Origin: Owenia fusiformis
Lineage: Eukaryota
NCBI GenBank assembly: GCA_903813345.2
Contig: CAIIXF020000001.1
Coordinates: forward strand, 21,266,001-21,330,000
Direction of reading: 5' to 3'
DNA length: 64,000 nucleotides
The translations under genes were made by a program, and so were the position numbers. Shown in pieces: positions 1 to 13,200 of this stretch. Each line of letters begins with the position of its first letter. Positions within the stretch are counted from its first letter, which is position 1. The notes under the pieces are model-generated. The model did not search any database. It was given only the letters and a program-made list of their open reading frames with translations, and was not told the DNA's origin.

Positions 1-1042
1 CAGCTAAATCATAACAGTAATGTTTTCTCAATGGAAAAATGTATTTTTTTCATTTCATTATGCCAACAGATAATAATTTCAGTAATTTGTGAACCCTCTC
101 TTGCTTGTTAGTGCAGATGCCCACTATATTTTTGCGGAAAGTGAAACAGTAGCTCACACCAAATATTGTTAGACATTAAGCACTTTACTACTTGACAAAG
201 CGATTCCCTTATACTAAAAGCACCCTATGCAGACAGTGCTATTCTAAAACAATCCCCGTGGATTTATGTGTGCGTGATGCAGACTTTAACAGCCACTTTT
301 GAATTTGAATTCCTGATATTTCATTAACTAACGCATGTTGGATACTCATATTGTCTATAGACACCTAAAAAAGGATATTGTGTTGATAGTTGTGTCATTC
401 AGTATTGGTGATCAAGATGACCTAACAATATAAATTATTTTTGCATTTTGAAAGTCATAAACTTTCTGTGCGATTTTATAAAAAAAATAAGAAACATTTA
501 ATGGATATATAGCAGATAACTTCAATAAACTGGAATCTTTATAATTTGATGATAACATGTTTTGTTTCAAGAATGGACTTGGATCATAGTTAAGGATGGT
601 CCCAAATAAATCCCTTTATTACTAATTGATATACAGTGTAGCGTGTGCCAAAAACGTGAAATTAGTGAAGCGTTATATTAATTGAGAAATGTACACTTTG
701 ATGAAAGGATTGGTATTGATATGGTGAACTGAATTCAACATTGTTTTCTCTCAAACCAATTATTAAAAATGCTGTACTTTATGAAATGGTCACTGATTGA
801 AAACAATTTAATGTTATTAAGTGCAATTGTTTTTGTTCCTTTCTACCAATTCTTGAGAATGATATAAAAGATCTTTCCGAACCTCTTTGGAACTAAATAG
901 CATATTCAACTAAGGCCTCTCAATATTATAGTTCTACAAAGGAAACTTTGGTTCAGTTAACAAAAAGTATTCAAAAAATTAAATCAAAAACCCCAAAAAT
1001 AGATAAAAATTAAATTAAACCTTTTATTTTATTAACAAGGTA

Positions 1043-1567
1043 CCGGATTTTCTCGCATATACGCCCCCCTAAATTTAGGCCCATGCGCCAAAAATCGAAT
1101 GTAGTACGCTTATACGCCCATGGGCCCACTGGCGGATTGGTGGGGGGCTGGGGGCCCGGGCCCCCCCCCCCCTTGGGTGGGCCCAGAAAAAAAAATTTGG
1201 CCCAAAAAAATTTTGTGCCAAAAAAATCCTTCAGACCTCAAAAAGTGGGCCTTTTTGGTCATTACTAGGCCTTTTAAGGCCTTATTTAATTTCAGGCCTA
1301 ATTTTGAAGAAAATGGGCCTCAAAATTTGGGCCCACTTTTGGGTTTTAGGGGACGTTTTTTTTTCTCACCTGAAATTTGGGCCCCCCCTTGTTGGTGCCC
1401 AGATCCGCCCCTGAATCATCAGCTCTTCTCACCTTTACGCCCACTGGGCCAAAAAATCGAAAGTAGTACACTTATACGCCCATGGGCGAAAAATAAGAGG
1501 TAAAATAACAGACAAAATTACCTTTCTTTCAGTTATATGCCCAGGGCTTATATGCGAGAAAATCCGG
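1043..1567. mobile_element. Tc1/mariner-like MITE with a GC-rich insert (~1127-1413)
   Basis: TIR CCGGATTTTCTCGCATAT...ATATGCGAGAAAATCCGG flanked by TA on both sides; internal GC-rich segment ends CAGATCCGCCCCTG, related fragments at ~26580 and ~55180. Confidence 0.8.
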
Positions 1568-1815
1568 TACTTTTTTTAAAGAGAGAGCTAAACACATAAT
1601 TTTATTCTAATGAGGTTCGGATAAAAGTGTTCAATTCAGTTCGCCATATTGATACCAATTTTTTACACAAAATACGTAAAATTTGGAGTTACATATGAGC
1701 TGATTTTGCATGTTGACCAGACTAGTTCCCTGTTTATTGAGGTTATCCACATTATAAAATAACACAGAAAGTTGATAACTTTTGAAATGAAAAATAATTT
1801 GTATCTGTATTTGTA

Positions 1816-2135
1816 GTCCACCCGTATAGCTCAGTGGTAGCACAGGTACCTCTTATGCAATAGGTCCCAGGTTCGATCCCCGTTTCAGGCAAGACTTAAT
1901 TTGCTTTTTTGCGTGAAGTACTTCAGGGTGTTTGACTGAGTGGTCCTCAACTCATACAAAAGGGTGTGGTGTGTACTTGTATGTCTATGTATAAGTGCAC
2001 ATAAAAGAACACAGGGATTCTTTGGGGAGGGGTTCCTGGGTCTATCTTCCAGGCTAATTACGTTAATTATGGGATATACCCAAGAGGTATTGCTCACCTT
2101 CATTGGTGGTAAACAAAATACAATACAATACAATA
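1816..2135 (+). mobile_element. tRNA-derived SINE
   Basis: Pol III A box TAGCTCAGTGGTAG and B box GGTTCGATCCC, broken cloverleaf pairing, ~250 bp body, (CAATA)n tail. Confidence 0.75.
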
Positions 2136-3078
2136 TAGGTCATCTTGATTGACAATGGAGAGGTTAAGCTAACGATGTTTTTCACAACGTAACCGTGAAC
2201 GCAAAGTACAAAAATTAACAAAGGAATGTATCGAGCGCTCATAGTTTTATGCGCGCTTAGTCTACTTCAGATACTCTTTCAGCTTCAGAGTTTCGGGTTT
2301 AGAACGGGAGATTTGAATATTTGACGTTGGGTCAACGGGAACCATTTTACTCGTGTCTATTGAACACTATGCTGTCAATTTTGATTTCGATGCACAGTTG
2401 AATTCTTGCTGAACACGATGATGTATGTCATGCATGATTTAGCGCCAAAAATCTTACGAAACGAGCTCGTTTAAAATATGTATTAGAAAACCAGCTATAA
2501 AACCGCATCAATGACATACTATAGAATCATTACACGCTATGGTGTAGTCTAAACAAACACTGGATTTGAACGGCTATTTATATGAGAAGGCTACATGAAT
2601 TTGTATATGGTCGAGTGATACGTACAGGTTCAGTTTCGATTATATATGCAAAGCTTAACCTCTCCAATACTGAATGAGGCTGTAAATGGTATTTGCAGCA
2701 GTTTCCAATTCTATGCTTGGAGATAGGTTTAATGCTAAGTAAGTCGCTGTATAAAAAGAATACAACTATTGATATGATTTCCTTTTTATCAGATATCTCC
2801 TACTCATGTATGAATATAATTACCCAACATGCCTTAGTTTATGAAATTCACAAATTCGCACACACATAAATCCCCATCGATTGTTTTCATATAGCACCAT
2901 CTGCATATTGTGAAAAGAGAAAACAAGTGTCTGTGGAATGTGTATGAATTGTGTGCCCAGTCACCCAGTTGCCAAGTCAACTGTACACTAATCCCTCAGA
3001 TGTATATTTAATAAACCTATCAATGGTTAAAATAATGGCTATTCGTCAATATTTATTAAGAGCGTTCAAATAAGGTAC

Positions 3079-3433
3079 CTGTTCTGATGTGGAAGTCAGC
3101 ATTGTCAACTGTTGTTCTTTGATGTTCACGTCCCAAATATGGTCCATTTAACTCACAAACTTTGGTATTTTTCTCTCCATTAATCTTGCGTAGGTTGTAT
3201 GATGTGCATTTCTCTGGTAAAGCAGAACAGCTTGCAGCACATGCAATATTTGTCAAAACTTTCAAAGACCTCATAGGGTTGCTCAGTCTCTCTGCATATG
3301 GGACTTTAATATATGCCTCATTCGTAATTTGATGTTTAGAAAGCGATATTCCAATAAGTGTTGTTTCGGAATACACTAAAACAACCTGTAGGGCTATAAC
3401 TATTATTGTGACGGTCTCTAAAGATACTTGCAT
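3079..3433 (-). CDS. First coding exon of secreted PAN/Apple-domain protein (copy 1); downstream exons not found in window
   Basis: Signal peptide MQVSLETVTIIVIALQVVLVYS; PAN-type Cys pattern CAASC-x5-CTSYN...CEL; ends at ACAG|GTACC phase-1 donor (3078). Confidence 0.65.
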
Positions 3434-6400
3434 TGTCTCACTTTAGAATAAATACATCAAGTTAGAAAGTCAATGTTTATCCCAGTCCTGTCATATGAAG
3501 AATGCTTGACAAGTGAGCTGCCTGGTTTTCTCATTAAAAATATATGCATTCAATATTTGTTAACATTAAAATTGTGCGAGTGGTTTACCAATTACATTGT
3601 ACTTTTAATTAACCAATCAAAGTTCCTTATAGATTAGTTTTTATTATCCCAATGAATGAAGTTCGGAAGGGATATAGTGAAGCCCTCCGTTCATCTGTCA
3701 GTCCATCAGTCAGTCTGTCAATCTGTCTGTCAGTAAGATAACTCAAATACTAGAGGACGGATTTTCTTCATATGTGGTGGAAAGATGTATATTGGTAAAT
3801 AGTTTTATGCAAAAAAGTAATAAATATTATTGTCTGAAATTTTAGTGTATATTCACAACATCCATCTTTTTCACATATACTAGTTTTCCATGTTTGTCAG
3901 ACTCAGATCCCCAGGGGCCTTATTTTGGGGTTCATATTACATTGTGACATTTATTGTGACATTCATGAATATAGTGTTCCTTGGGATTTGCTACTCCGTG
4001 GAGTTGCTGATTTTTAGTTTACTTTGAAACGGATATGTATACAATGTAATAACATTGCAATGGTTGATAAGTTAAGTATGTTCCCTATCATCTGATAACC
4101 TGATCTTCCCGGAAAATATATCTGGCATTAGTACATTTGGAGGTTAACACTAGTGTTTGATTTTAGATCGTGATAGGACTTAAAAACTTTTGGACCAATT
4201 TTGAGGAAAATAAGGCACAATCATCATCAATCACGTATTATGTCACTAAAGAAGCTACTCTTATACTTAAAATTGAAGTTAATAACAAAAGATGGGGCTT
4301 CTTATTTACCATTTCAATGAGGATAACGTAATATTGAAATAGCAATTTACGTGATTTTTGAATGTGCATCAAGTACCTATTCACAGTTGCCATAACAACC
4401 ATATTTTAAACATGTGTTGCTCATAAATGTTTGACTCTTTCAAATATTTGTTGGTATTCCTCTTACTAAATTTCTGCCAAGTCTCATGACATGACTGCAA
4501 ATAATTTACAAGGTAGAAGGTCACCTGCAAAATTTATTGATCGCCCCTTGTAATTTAAGTGAATTAATGTTCATACAGACCTCATAAATTAATCTATATT
4601 AAGCTATATTGTTAATCACATGACAGCTCTTGAGCAGTAACAATGCAGGTCATATTGCATTAATGGAAAGATGTTTATTTATTGTTCAAGTTTTCACACC
4701 TTGGTCATTGCATTGTTAATACCTCAATGCATTCATTCTGTAAATAAAATACATGAATTTCATTTTCATTTGTAAACAAAAGTTTTATTGGATATAATTC
4801 TGTCTAGGGTTACAATTTCTTCTTTTCTCAAAAGATTTTGTGTATATCAGATATTGCCATTAGTGCTGCTATATGAAGATTCATTGACAACGAGTTCTTC
4901 ATCTTCAAAACTATATTATTATTTGTCATGTTTCAAAAGGGAAGAATTTTACTTCTTCTGAGAAGTGTTAACATCAAGATAGGATGGAGGTTACAACTAA
5001 AATAGAAAGCTAAATTAATTCATATTTCAAACGTTGTATTTATACAGTAGTATAACTACCGCATGTCTATATTTGGCCCCATAATAATTTTCTTGTCTCT
5101 TAGCATCCAAGTATGTCAAACCTCATGGATATGTGATTATAAAAACTCTGTGGATTGATGCGGGCAAATCTGGCTAGCACAGGTGGCTGAAGCATGTTAG
5201 TAACTTTGCTGCTTCGGTCTGCATTCCCTTGTAAAATCTGAAAAAAGAAAATCATGTTGTGAAAATTTACATTGAGAATGATTATACAAAATTTGAGCTT
5301 TTTGAGCTTTTGACAAATGTAGGACATTACGATCGTATGTACAAATGTTTTATTACCGATCCATAGTGTTCCAGATTGCTGTCAGTTTTGCCATAGAAAA
5401 ATTTGTATGATTTCACCCATTGGCTATATGAATCTCTTCCCTGAGTGATCACTCCCGTCACTAACATAACTTCACCAAGGTCTGCTTGAATCCATGTCTG
5501 CGTATCATATCTATCTGCTGACCAGGCTCCTTGCATTAATCCTCTGGAAGTCAGCATTGTCAACTGTTGTTCTTTGATGTTCACGTCCCAAATATGGTCC
5601 ATTTAACTCACAAACTTTGGTATTTTTCTCTCCATTAATCTTGCGTAGGTTGTATGATGTGCATTTCTCTGGTAAAGCAGAACAGCTAGTAGCACAGGCA
5701 ATATTTGTCAAAACTTTCAAAGACCTTAGAGGGTTGCTCAGTCTCTCTGCATAAGGGACTTTAATGTATGCCTCATTCGTAATTTGATGTTTAGAAAGCG
5801 ATATTCCAATAAGTGTTGTTTCGGAATACACTAAAACAACCTGTAGAAATATTATTGTGACGGTCTCTAAAGATACTTGCATTGTCTTACTTAAGAATAA
5901 ATGCATAAAGTTAGAAAGTCAATGTTTATCCCAGTCCTGTCACATGAAGAATTCTTATCATTCAAGTGAGCTGCCTTGTTTTCTAATTATGCATTCAATA
6001 TTAGTTAACATTAAGATTGTGTGAGTGGTTTACCAATTACATTGTACTCTTAATTAACCAATTAAAGTTCCTTATAGATTAGTTTTTATTATCCCAATGA
6101 ATGAAGTTCGTTAGGGATATAGTGAAGCCCTCCGTCCATCAGTCTGTCAATCTGTCTGTCCATAAGATAATAATAGTGGACAGATTTTCTTCATATGTGG
6201 TGGAAAGATGTATATTGCTGTTTTATGCAAAAAACAAAGTAATAAAAAATATAATAAGTGTAGATTGCAAATATTGTATCATTTTTCTGATTCTGGCCTC
6301 GTAAATTCAAAATGGCTATCTAATGAGGAATTACGCAATAATTTTATGATCTCTTCAAAATATGGCAAGATTATTCTCAAATTGAAGGAATTTTAGAGTT

Positions 6401-7223
6401 GATCACAATTAAATTGGTGGAAAAGTTTATATAGTATGTCTTTTAATTTCTGCAAATTTAACCAAGGGTAGAGTAAATGGTAAATATTACATTGTGACAT
6501 TTATTGTGACATTCATGAATATAGTGTTCCTTGGGATTTGCTACTCCATGGAGTTGCCGATTTTTAGTTTACTTTGAATCGGATATGTATACAATGTAAT
6601 TACATAGCAATGGTCGATAAGTTAATAATGTCCCCTATCATCTGATAACCTGGGGATCTTCCCAGAAAATTATCTGACATAAGTACATTTAGAGGTTAAC
6701 ACTAGTGTTTGCTTTTGGATCGTGATAGGACTTAAAAACTTTTGGACCAATTTTGAGGAAAATAAGGCACATCTTCAATCAAATACTATGTCACTAAAGA
6801 AGCTACTATTAAAATTGAAGTTAATAACAAAAGATGGGGCTTCTTATTAACCATTTCAATGAGGATAACATAATATTAAAAAAACAATTTGATATTTGAA
6901 TGTGCATCAAGTACCTATTCAACAGTTGCCATAACAACCATATTTTAAACACATGTTGCTCATAAATATTTGACTCTTTCAAATATTTGTTGGTATTCCT
7001 CTTACTATATTTCTGCCAAGTCTCATGACATGACTCCAAATAATTTGCAAGGTAGAAGGTCACCTGCAAAATTTATTGATCGCCCCTTGTATTATAAGTG
7101 ATTTAATGTTCATACAGATCTCATGAGTTAATCTATATTAAGCTATATTGTTAATCACATGACAGCTCTTGAGCAGTAACAATGCAGGTCATATTGCATT
7201 TATGGAAAGATGTTTATTTATTG
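3090..7223. repeat. Tandem segmental duplication: ~3090-4683 vs ~5545-7223
   Basis: Long collinear high-identity matches including PAN exon, upstream region and shared repeat fragments, with internal indels. Confidence 0.9.
5100..5882 (-). pseudogene. PAN/Apple + F5/8 type C (discoidin) gene, copy 2, frameshifted by deletion
   Basis: PAN exon (ATG 5882) joins at 5545/5544 out of frame to the middle of a discoidin domain (GAW...WIQADLG...VTGVITQGR...QWVKSY); intron 5356-5238 GT-AG; last exon GNAD...ARFARINP...MRFDILGC*; discoidin N-terminal third missing. Confidence 0.7.
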
Positions 7224-7233
7224 ATCATTATAG

Positions 7234-10200
7234 TATGGTCGGAGGACACATGGTTGAAGGAACATGCGGGTGCCACACTAGATAATGACAATGATGAAGA
7301 GGGGGGAGAGACTGGGGGACAGAAGAGGTCTGCTGAAGAGACTACAACAGTAAGTTTCACATGGGTAGGACCTAAGTTGGAGACTACTATAGAAAGGTTC
7401 ACATATGGTAATGCCTATTTGGGATTCTATAATTAATGTGAGAGACTACTCACTTAAGTACTGTAAGTTTCTCATACAGTAAAAACAAAGTGGGAAAATA
7501 CTGTAGTAAGTTCCTCATGTTGTAAAACCTATGTTTGAAAAAACAACAGTTAGATCCTAGGCCATCAGCTTCACCCCAAAATTTAGGTTATCGGTACCAA
7601 GTTAGGGGAATAAGTCTCATTGTGATTTTTGGCAAGGTAAATACCTCTAGAGTAAGAAATTGTATGATAGCATTGCAGGCGTGGCAGCTAAATGGGCGTT
7701 ATCATGGCCGCTGGTGCACTTACTACCAAATAAAAGAAGTTATATCTAAGAATACTGAGAGACAAAAACAGTGATTTTGAGGTCTATTTCGGGGTTTTAG
7801 GGGTCAAGGATTTCATTTAAGTCAAAATCTAAGTCATAAGTCATCAAAGAATTGGAAATCCAAGATGGCCGCCAAAATGGATGTCAAAACAAATATGTCA
7901 CTATTGATATAAGTTCAAAAAGCTCAAAGTACAGTTAAAAAGTGACTTTGGAGACCATGAAAAGGTTTTAGAGGCTAGGGATTTTATTTGTCTCTAAATC
8001 TAAGTAATCAAAGAACTACTTTACATAGAAATCCAAAATGGCCACCAAAATGGATGTCAAAATGAATACGTAACTATTTATGTGAACTTAAAAAACGGTT
8101 GCTTTTGCAGACCATGGTAAGGTTTTATAGGTTAAGGATTCCATTCATGTGTAAATTGAAGTGATTAAAGAATACCTTTATATAGAAATCTAAAATGGCT
8201 GCAAAAATGAATTTATAAGCACATAGAAAAATTAGAATAGTTATGTTATAGATATCTGAGACTGGGTTTCAGGAGAAAATGGTTTCAATTTACTAGACTT
8301 TAATTAGTTATCTTAACCTTTCCTCATATTAGAATCCAAAATGGTCACCAAACGGGTGGCTGCCAAAATAAATTAACACATTCACATGGAGCATGACTCA
8401 ACCATCAAACCTATTTCCTTTATTGCCATCTTGAAGTTCACAGGCTGCAGACCTAGTTCTCTCAACATGATGTTCCGAGAAGAATATCGGAAGCCTCTAA
8501 AGCCTACATGCACTGGAAAGTGTCTCACCTTCCACCCTTTACACCTTACTTTGTCAAAGAGATCTTCATACTCGGCACTCTTCAGTCCATCCGAGATATT
8601 ATCTTCTGTGTAATTGTAGACTTGGATTGAGTTTGTCCTTTCTTCACAGACCTACGGCCCTCGGGCAGATATATTATATTGGCCTCGGGATAATCCCAAT
8701 ATCCTGAACCTCATATAGGATAATCTCTATGTACTAACTCCCTACATTGCTTGCTAAGGTCAATAGCTTTCATCCATTTTTCTAGTTCTTACAGATGCTT
8801 TTGTCAAAATATATATTTAATTAGTTAAACTAGAGATGGATGAAGCTCTCTTTTCAGAAGCGAAGTCGAATGAATACAAAGGATATTCCTTTGTATACCA
8901 ATCAGTTGAAAAGATTCCTGGGATTGCACTACATACATCTCATCTTCTCCAAGCAGCTTAAAATCCGTTATGCTCCAGGGAATGACTAGGTCATAATTTT
9001 AATGATGTCCATAAAGGCTCGGCAAGAAGGATGTCTTGTATCATCATTCCCTTTTAGATCTCCATATTAGGACTCTTGTGCTTTCATAAACCAGTTCATT
9101 GTTTTGATGAAGAGAGTACAATTGAGATGGTACATCACATCAGGGCCATCTTAGATATCCAAATGAATATGTTCCAAAATTAATTATTCATTTTGGCAGC
9201 CATTTTGGTTGCCATCCTGAATATCCAAATAAAATAATTATTTGATGACTTAAAGTTCTCAACCATTGAAACCTAGCCATTGACTTCAAATTCTCGACCA
9301 TTGAAACCTAGACATGGTCTCCAAAATCACTTTGTAATTGTTCATTGAGCTTATATTAATGGTAACTTATTTTGGTAACTCATTTTGGCAGCCATCTTGG
9401 ATTTCCACATCAAGTTATTCTTTGAAAACTAAATGAAGCATAAGTGAAATCATTAACCTCTAAACCCTTTCATGATCTATAAAATTGCTTTTTATCTGTT
9501 CTTTGAGCATGTATCAAAATAAAAATATCCAAATAAAATAATTATTTGATGACTTAAAGTTCTCGACCATTGAAACCTAGCCATTGACTTAAGATTCTCG
9601 ACCATTGAAACCTAGACATGATCTCCAAAATCACTTTGTAATTGTTCATTGAGCTTATATTAATGGTAAATTATTTTGGTAACTCATTTTGGCAGCCATC
9701 TTGGATTTCCACATCAAGTTATTCTTTGAAAACTAAGACAATAAAATCATTGATCCCCAAACCCTTTCATGATCTACAGAACTACATTTTAGCTATTCTT
9801 TGAGCTTACATTAATAGTTACATGTTAGTTTCGGCACCCATATTGGCGGCCATTTTGGTTTTCTATGAAAAGTAATTATTTGATTTCTTAGACTAAAATG
9901 AAGCATAAGTGAAATCATTAACCTCTAAACCCTTTCATGATCTATAAAATTGCTTTTTATCTGTTCTTTGAGCATGTGTCAATACAAAAATTCCCTTTGG
10001 CACCTATTTTGGCGGCCATCTTGGATTTACATATAATGTAATCCTTTGATGACATAGATTTAGACATGAATAAAATCCTGAGACTTTAAAACCTCTTCTA
10101 AAACTCTTCAAAATCATTTTGAAACGTTTTAACTTGTATCATTAGTTACATATTTGTTTTTGAACCAAAATTGGTGGCCATCTTGGATTTTCGTATGAAT

Positions 10201-13200
10201 TTATGTTTTTGATGACTTGGATTGAGGCATAAATCGAATCAGTGACCCCTAAAACCCAGAATTAGACCCTAAAATTACTTCTTTCATTTGGTAGCAAGCG
10301 CACTGGCAGCCATTTTGAAAAATGGGTGATAATACCCATTTAGCTGCCACTTCTGCAATGCTATCACATATTTTCTTACTCTAGGGGTGTACACCTTCCC
10401 AAAAATCACCATGGCCATTATTCCCCTGATTTGGTACTGACCAACCCCCCAGGCTGATCGCCTATCCATACAGTAAAATCTTTTTGGGACCTTTCATTAA
10501 AGTTCCATTTTCATATACAGAGAATCCTATCTGAGAGACTATACGAGTATGTTTCGCGCACTCTAAAACCTGTATGGGAGACTACAACACAAATTCCTTA
10601 AATGGTAATACCTTGAGTGAACACTGTTGTGACATTGAGAGTTTTCATATTCATGCGATACTAACTTCTACCGTTAATTTGAATTTTTGACCTACCAGAT
10701 GGTTGAAAATCAAGGATTGCAAGCCTCATACTGCACCGTTTTTCTTCAAACTTGTTCCATTCAAATCAAAACAGAATTTTCTTTCTGTCGGTGCATTGCT
10801 TTATTGTACAGAGTCCCTCGTTTTAGCAGCGTTTTGGTCCCAAGCTATGAGAAACTCAAATGCTTCTGAAAGAAGGGACTCTGCATGACAGAATAATGTG
10901 CCAACAGAAAGGCATTTTTGTTATGCTTTGGATGGAAGTTTGAAGTTTGAAAAAAAGCGGTGCAGTATGAGACTCGCAATCCTTGATTTTAAAACATCTG
11001 GTAGGTCAAAAATTCAAATTAATGGTCGAAGTTAGTACCCCGTGATATTTAGATACTTTTATAATGTGTGTATCAGTGAGATATTTGGTTATTTGCTTGC
11101 AAATTGACTTTAATGTAATGTTTGAGATAGATGTCGCATCATACATATTGCTAGTTTTTGAAATAGCCGTCAGAGTGCATGCATAGTGAACAAAATTTTT
11201 CCACACCCACCCACCCTGTACATGTACTTCATTAATTCATTCGACATATATTGTACAAACGTTTAAAGGGCGGTTTTTATAAAAGTGTTTATGTTCTTGT
11301 TATTTTACGTTTACTTAGTATAATAAAGCATCCGCTCATTTTAAGCCCAACACATTTCTTACTGTTTCAATATTTGTTATTATTTTGATATGCAATAACA
11401 TTAATGAAATATCATTCTGAAACTGACAGTATACTTGTACAATATTGTGTACTTTATGATGTAATCCAAAAAACTATTCTTGCATCAAACCCCCATGCTA
11501 TTGGGACATATCTCCCATTCTGATACTCACAAGTAGTAAGGAAAATAAATACCAGAGTACCAGAGATGCAGGACTACAAAAATACATTCTTAATATTTTA
11601 GACTACAGAGCCTGCAAGCAAGAAATCAAAGGGGAATAGCCAGGTGTACTTGGACATCAAGATAGGTGGCAGAGATGCTGGAAGAATTGTTTGTGAACTG
11701 AGAGCTGATGTAGTTCCAAGAACTGCAGGTACAGCAGCTGTATACATATATATATATAGACATAGTTTACTGTTCTTAAATTCCAGCTGTAAGATTTCAA
11801 ATGAAAACTCGAAAATTCAAAATTTATTGTTTAATGATATTCAATTTGTTGACTTTTAAAAACTAATGCTTGCAATAAAACAATTTTATTGTTATACCCT
11901 TTCCTCAAATTTAATAAACTATGTTTGTGGATAAACATTAATACATTGACTTAGCCCAAAATAGAATTTGAATTTGATGTCATTCAGAGAACATAATGAA
12001 GCCCATCCTTTTCAAATGTAATAATAATTAAATCATGTTTTTGGGCATACATCAATATATTGACCTGTTGACCTTGACCTTTCTTAATGTATTTTGTAGT
12101 TCTTATTTGATTCTTCTTAGTCGACCAATCTTCATATGTTTTTACTAACAAAAATATTTCTTTATGTTTCAGAAAACTTTAGATGTTTGTGCACTCACGA
12201 AAAAGGATTTGGCTTCAAAGGAAGTTCATTCCATAGAATTATACCTTCATTTGTATCCTTTTAAATGGTTTCAAGATTTAGAGTTATTTTCTAAAAGTGT
12301 CTCATCTATTTGCCTCCTAGCATTGTCGGAATATGTGGATATAGAATGAGCTATTTTCAGATCTGCAAATCAAAGTTTTAGGAACAATCTGTTCTTGTAT
12401 AAACTGTTCCCTAAAAATGTGCTTGGATTTGATATAAACAAGAAATGTCCCCTCCGAACATCCTATCCCTGAATCCTTTCGGCAAACTGGTAAATGTTAT
12501 CACAATGAGACTAGAGATATTGAGTGTAGTACATGTATGTGTATTTCTCTTAACTTTCATCCCAGATGTGCCAAGGGGGAGATTTCACAAACCACAATGG
12601 AACTGGAGGGAAGTCCATATATGGTGGAAAATTTAATGATGAAAATTTTGTTTTAAAACATACTAGTCCAGGTGAGTTTGAAATGTAATTTACGCACTCT
12701 GTGCAGTCATTGTTGTATAATGTCTTGGTCACATTTGCTCCGATTTTCACTACGGCGCCTGGGCGATTGAGTATTTTGTCCAAAATTGAATTCGATATTG
12801 AACAAAACACTCAGTGGGCCAGGCGCCGGCCGATGGATCGGAGCAAATGTGACTCAGGCATTACTTGAATTATTTCTTTTACACGTTGGCTGATTGCCAT
12901 CTCTTTTTGATCAACTACAATATAGTTTAACCATTGAAAATATGAAATAAAACTATGGCTTGATGTTTTAAAGGAGGAGGGAAAGTATCGCAACAGATTT
13001 TGGACAGTCATATGTTGGATTGTGGCTATTTTCTGAGGATTTAAACAGGTACATATGTGAGGCCAATGCATTACCTCCAGAAAAAAACACTCATAGAGAT
13101 GATAAAGTATTTTCGACTTTGATACAGGGGAGGTGCAAACAACCCACCCACATATTTTTCTGAAATCTTGTTCTGATTTTCAACCCCTTCCACCCCTGTT

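Noticed and set aside
1083-1503. Pro/Gly-rich ORFs
   Set aside because: They lie inside a GC-rich MITE and have no domain features
1820-1892. tRNA gene
   Set aside because: A/B boxes are present, but the D, T and acceptor stems do not pair and it continues into a SINE body and tail
1-7233. PPIE RRM-encoding exons
   Set aside because: Searched by eye for RNP motifs and found none; presumed to lie left of the window
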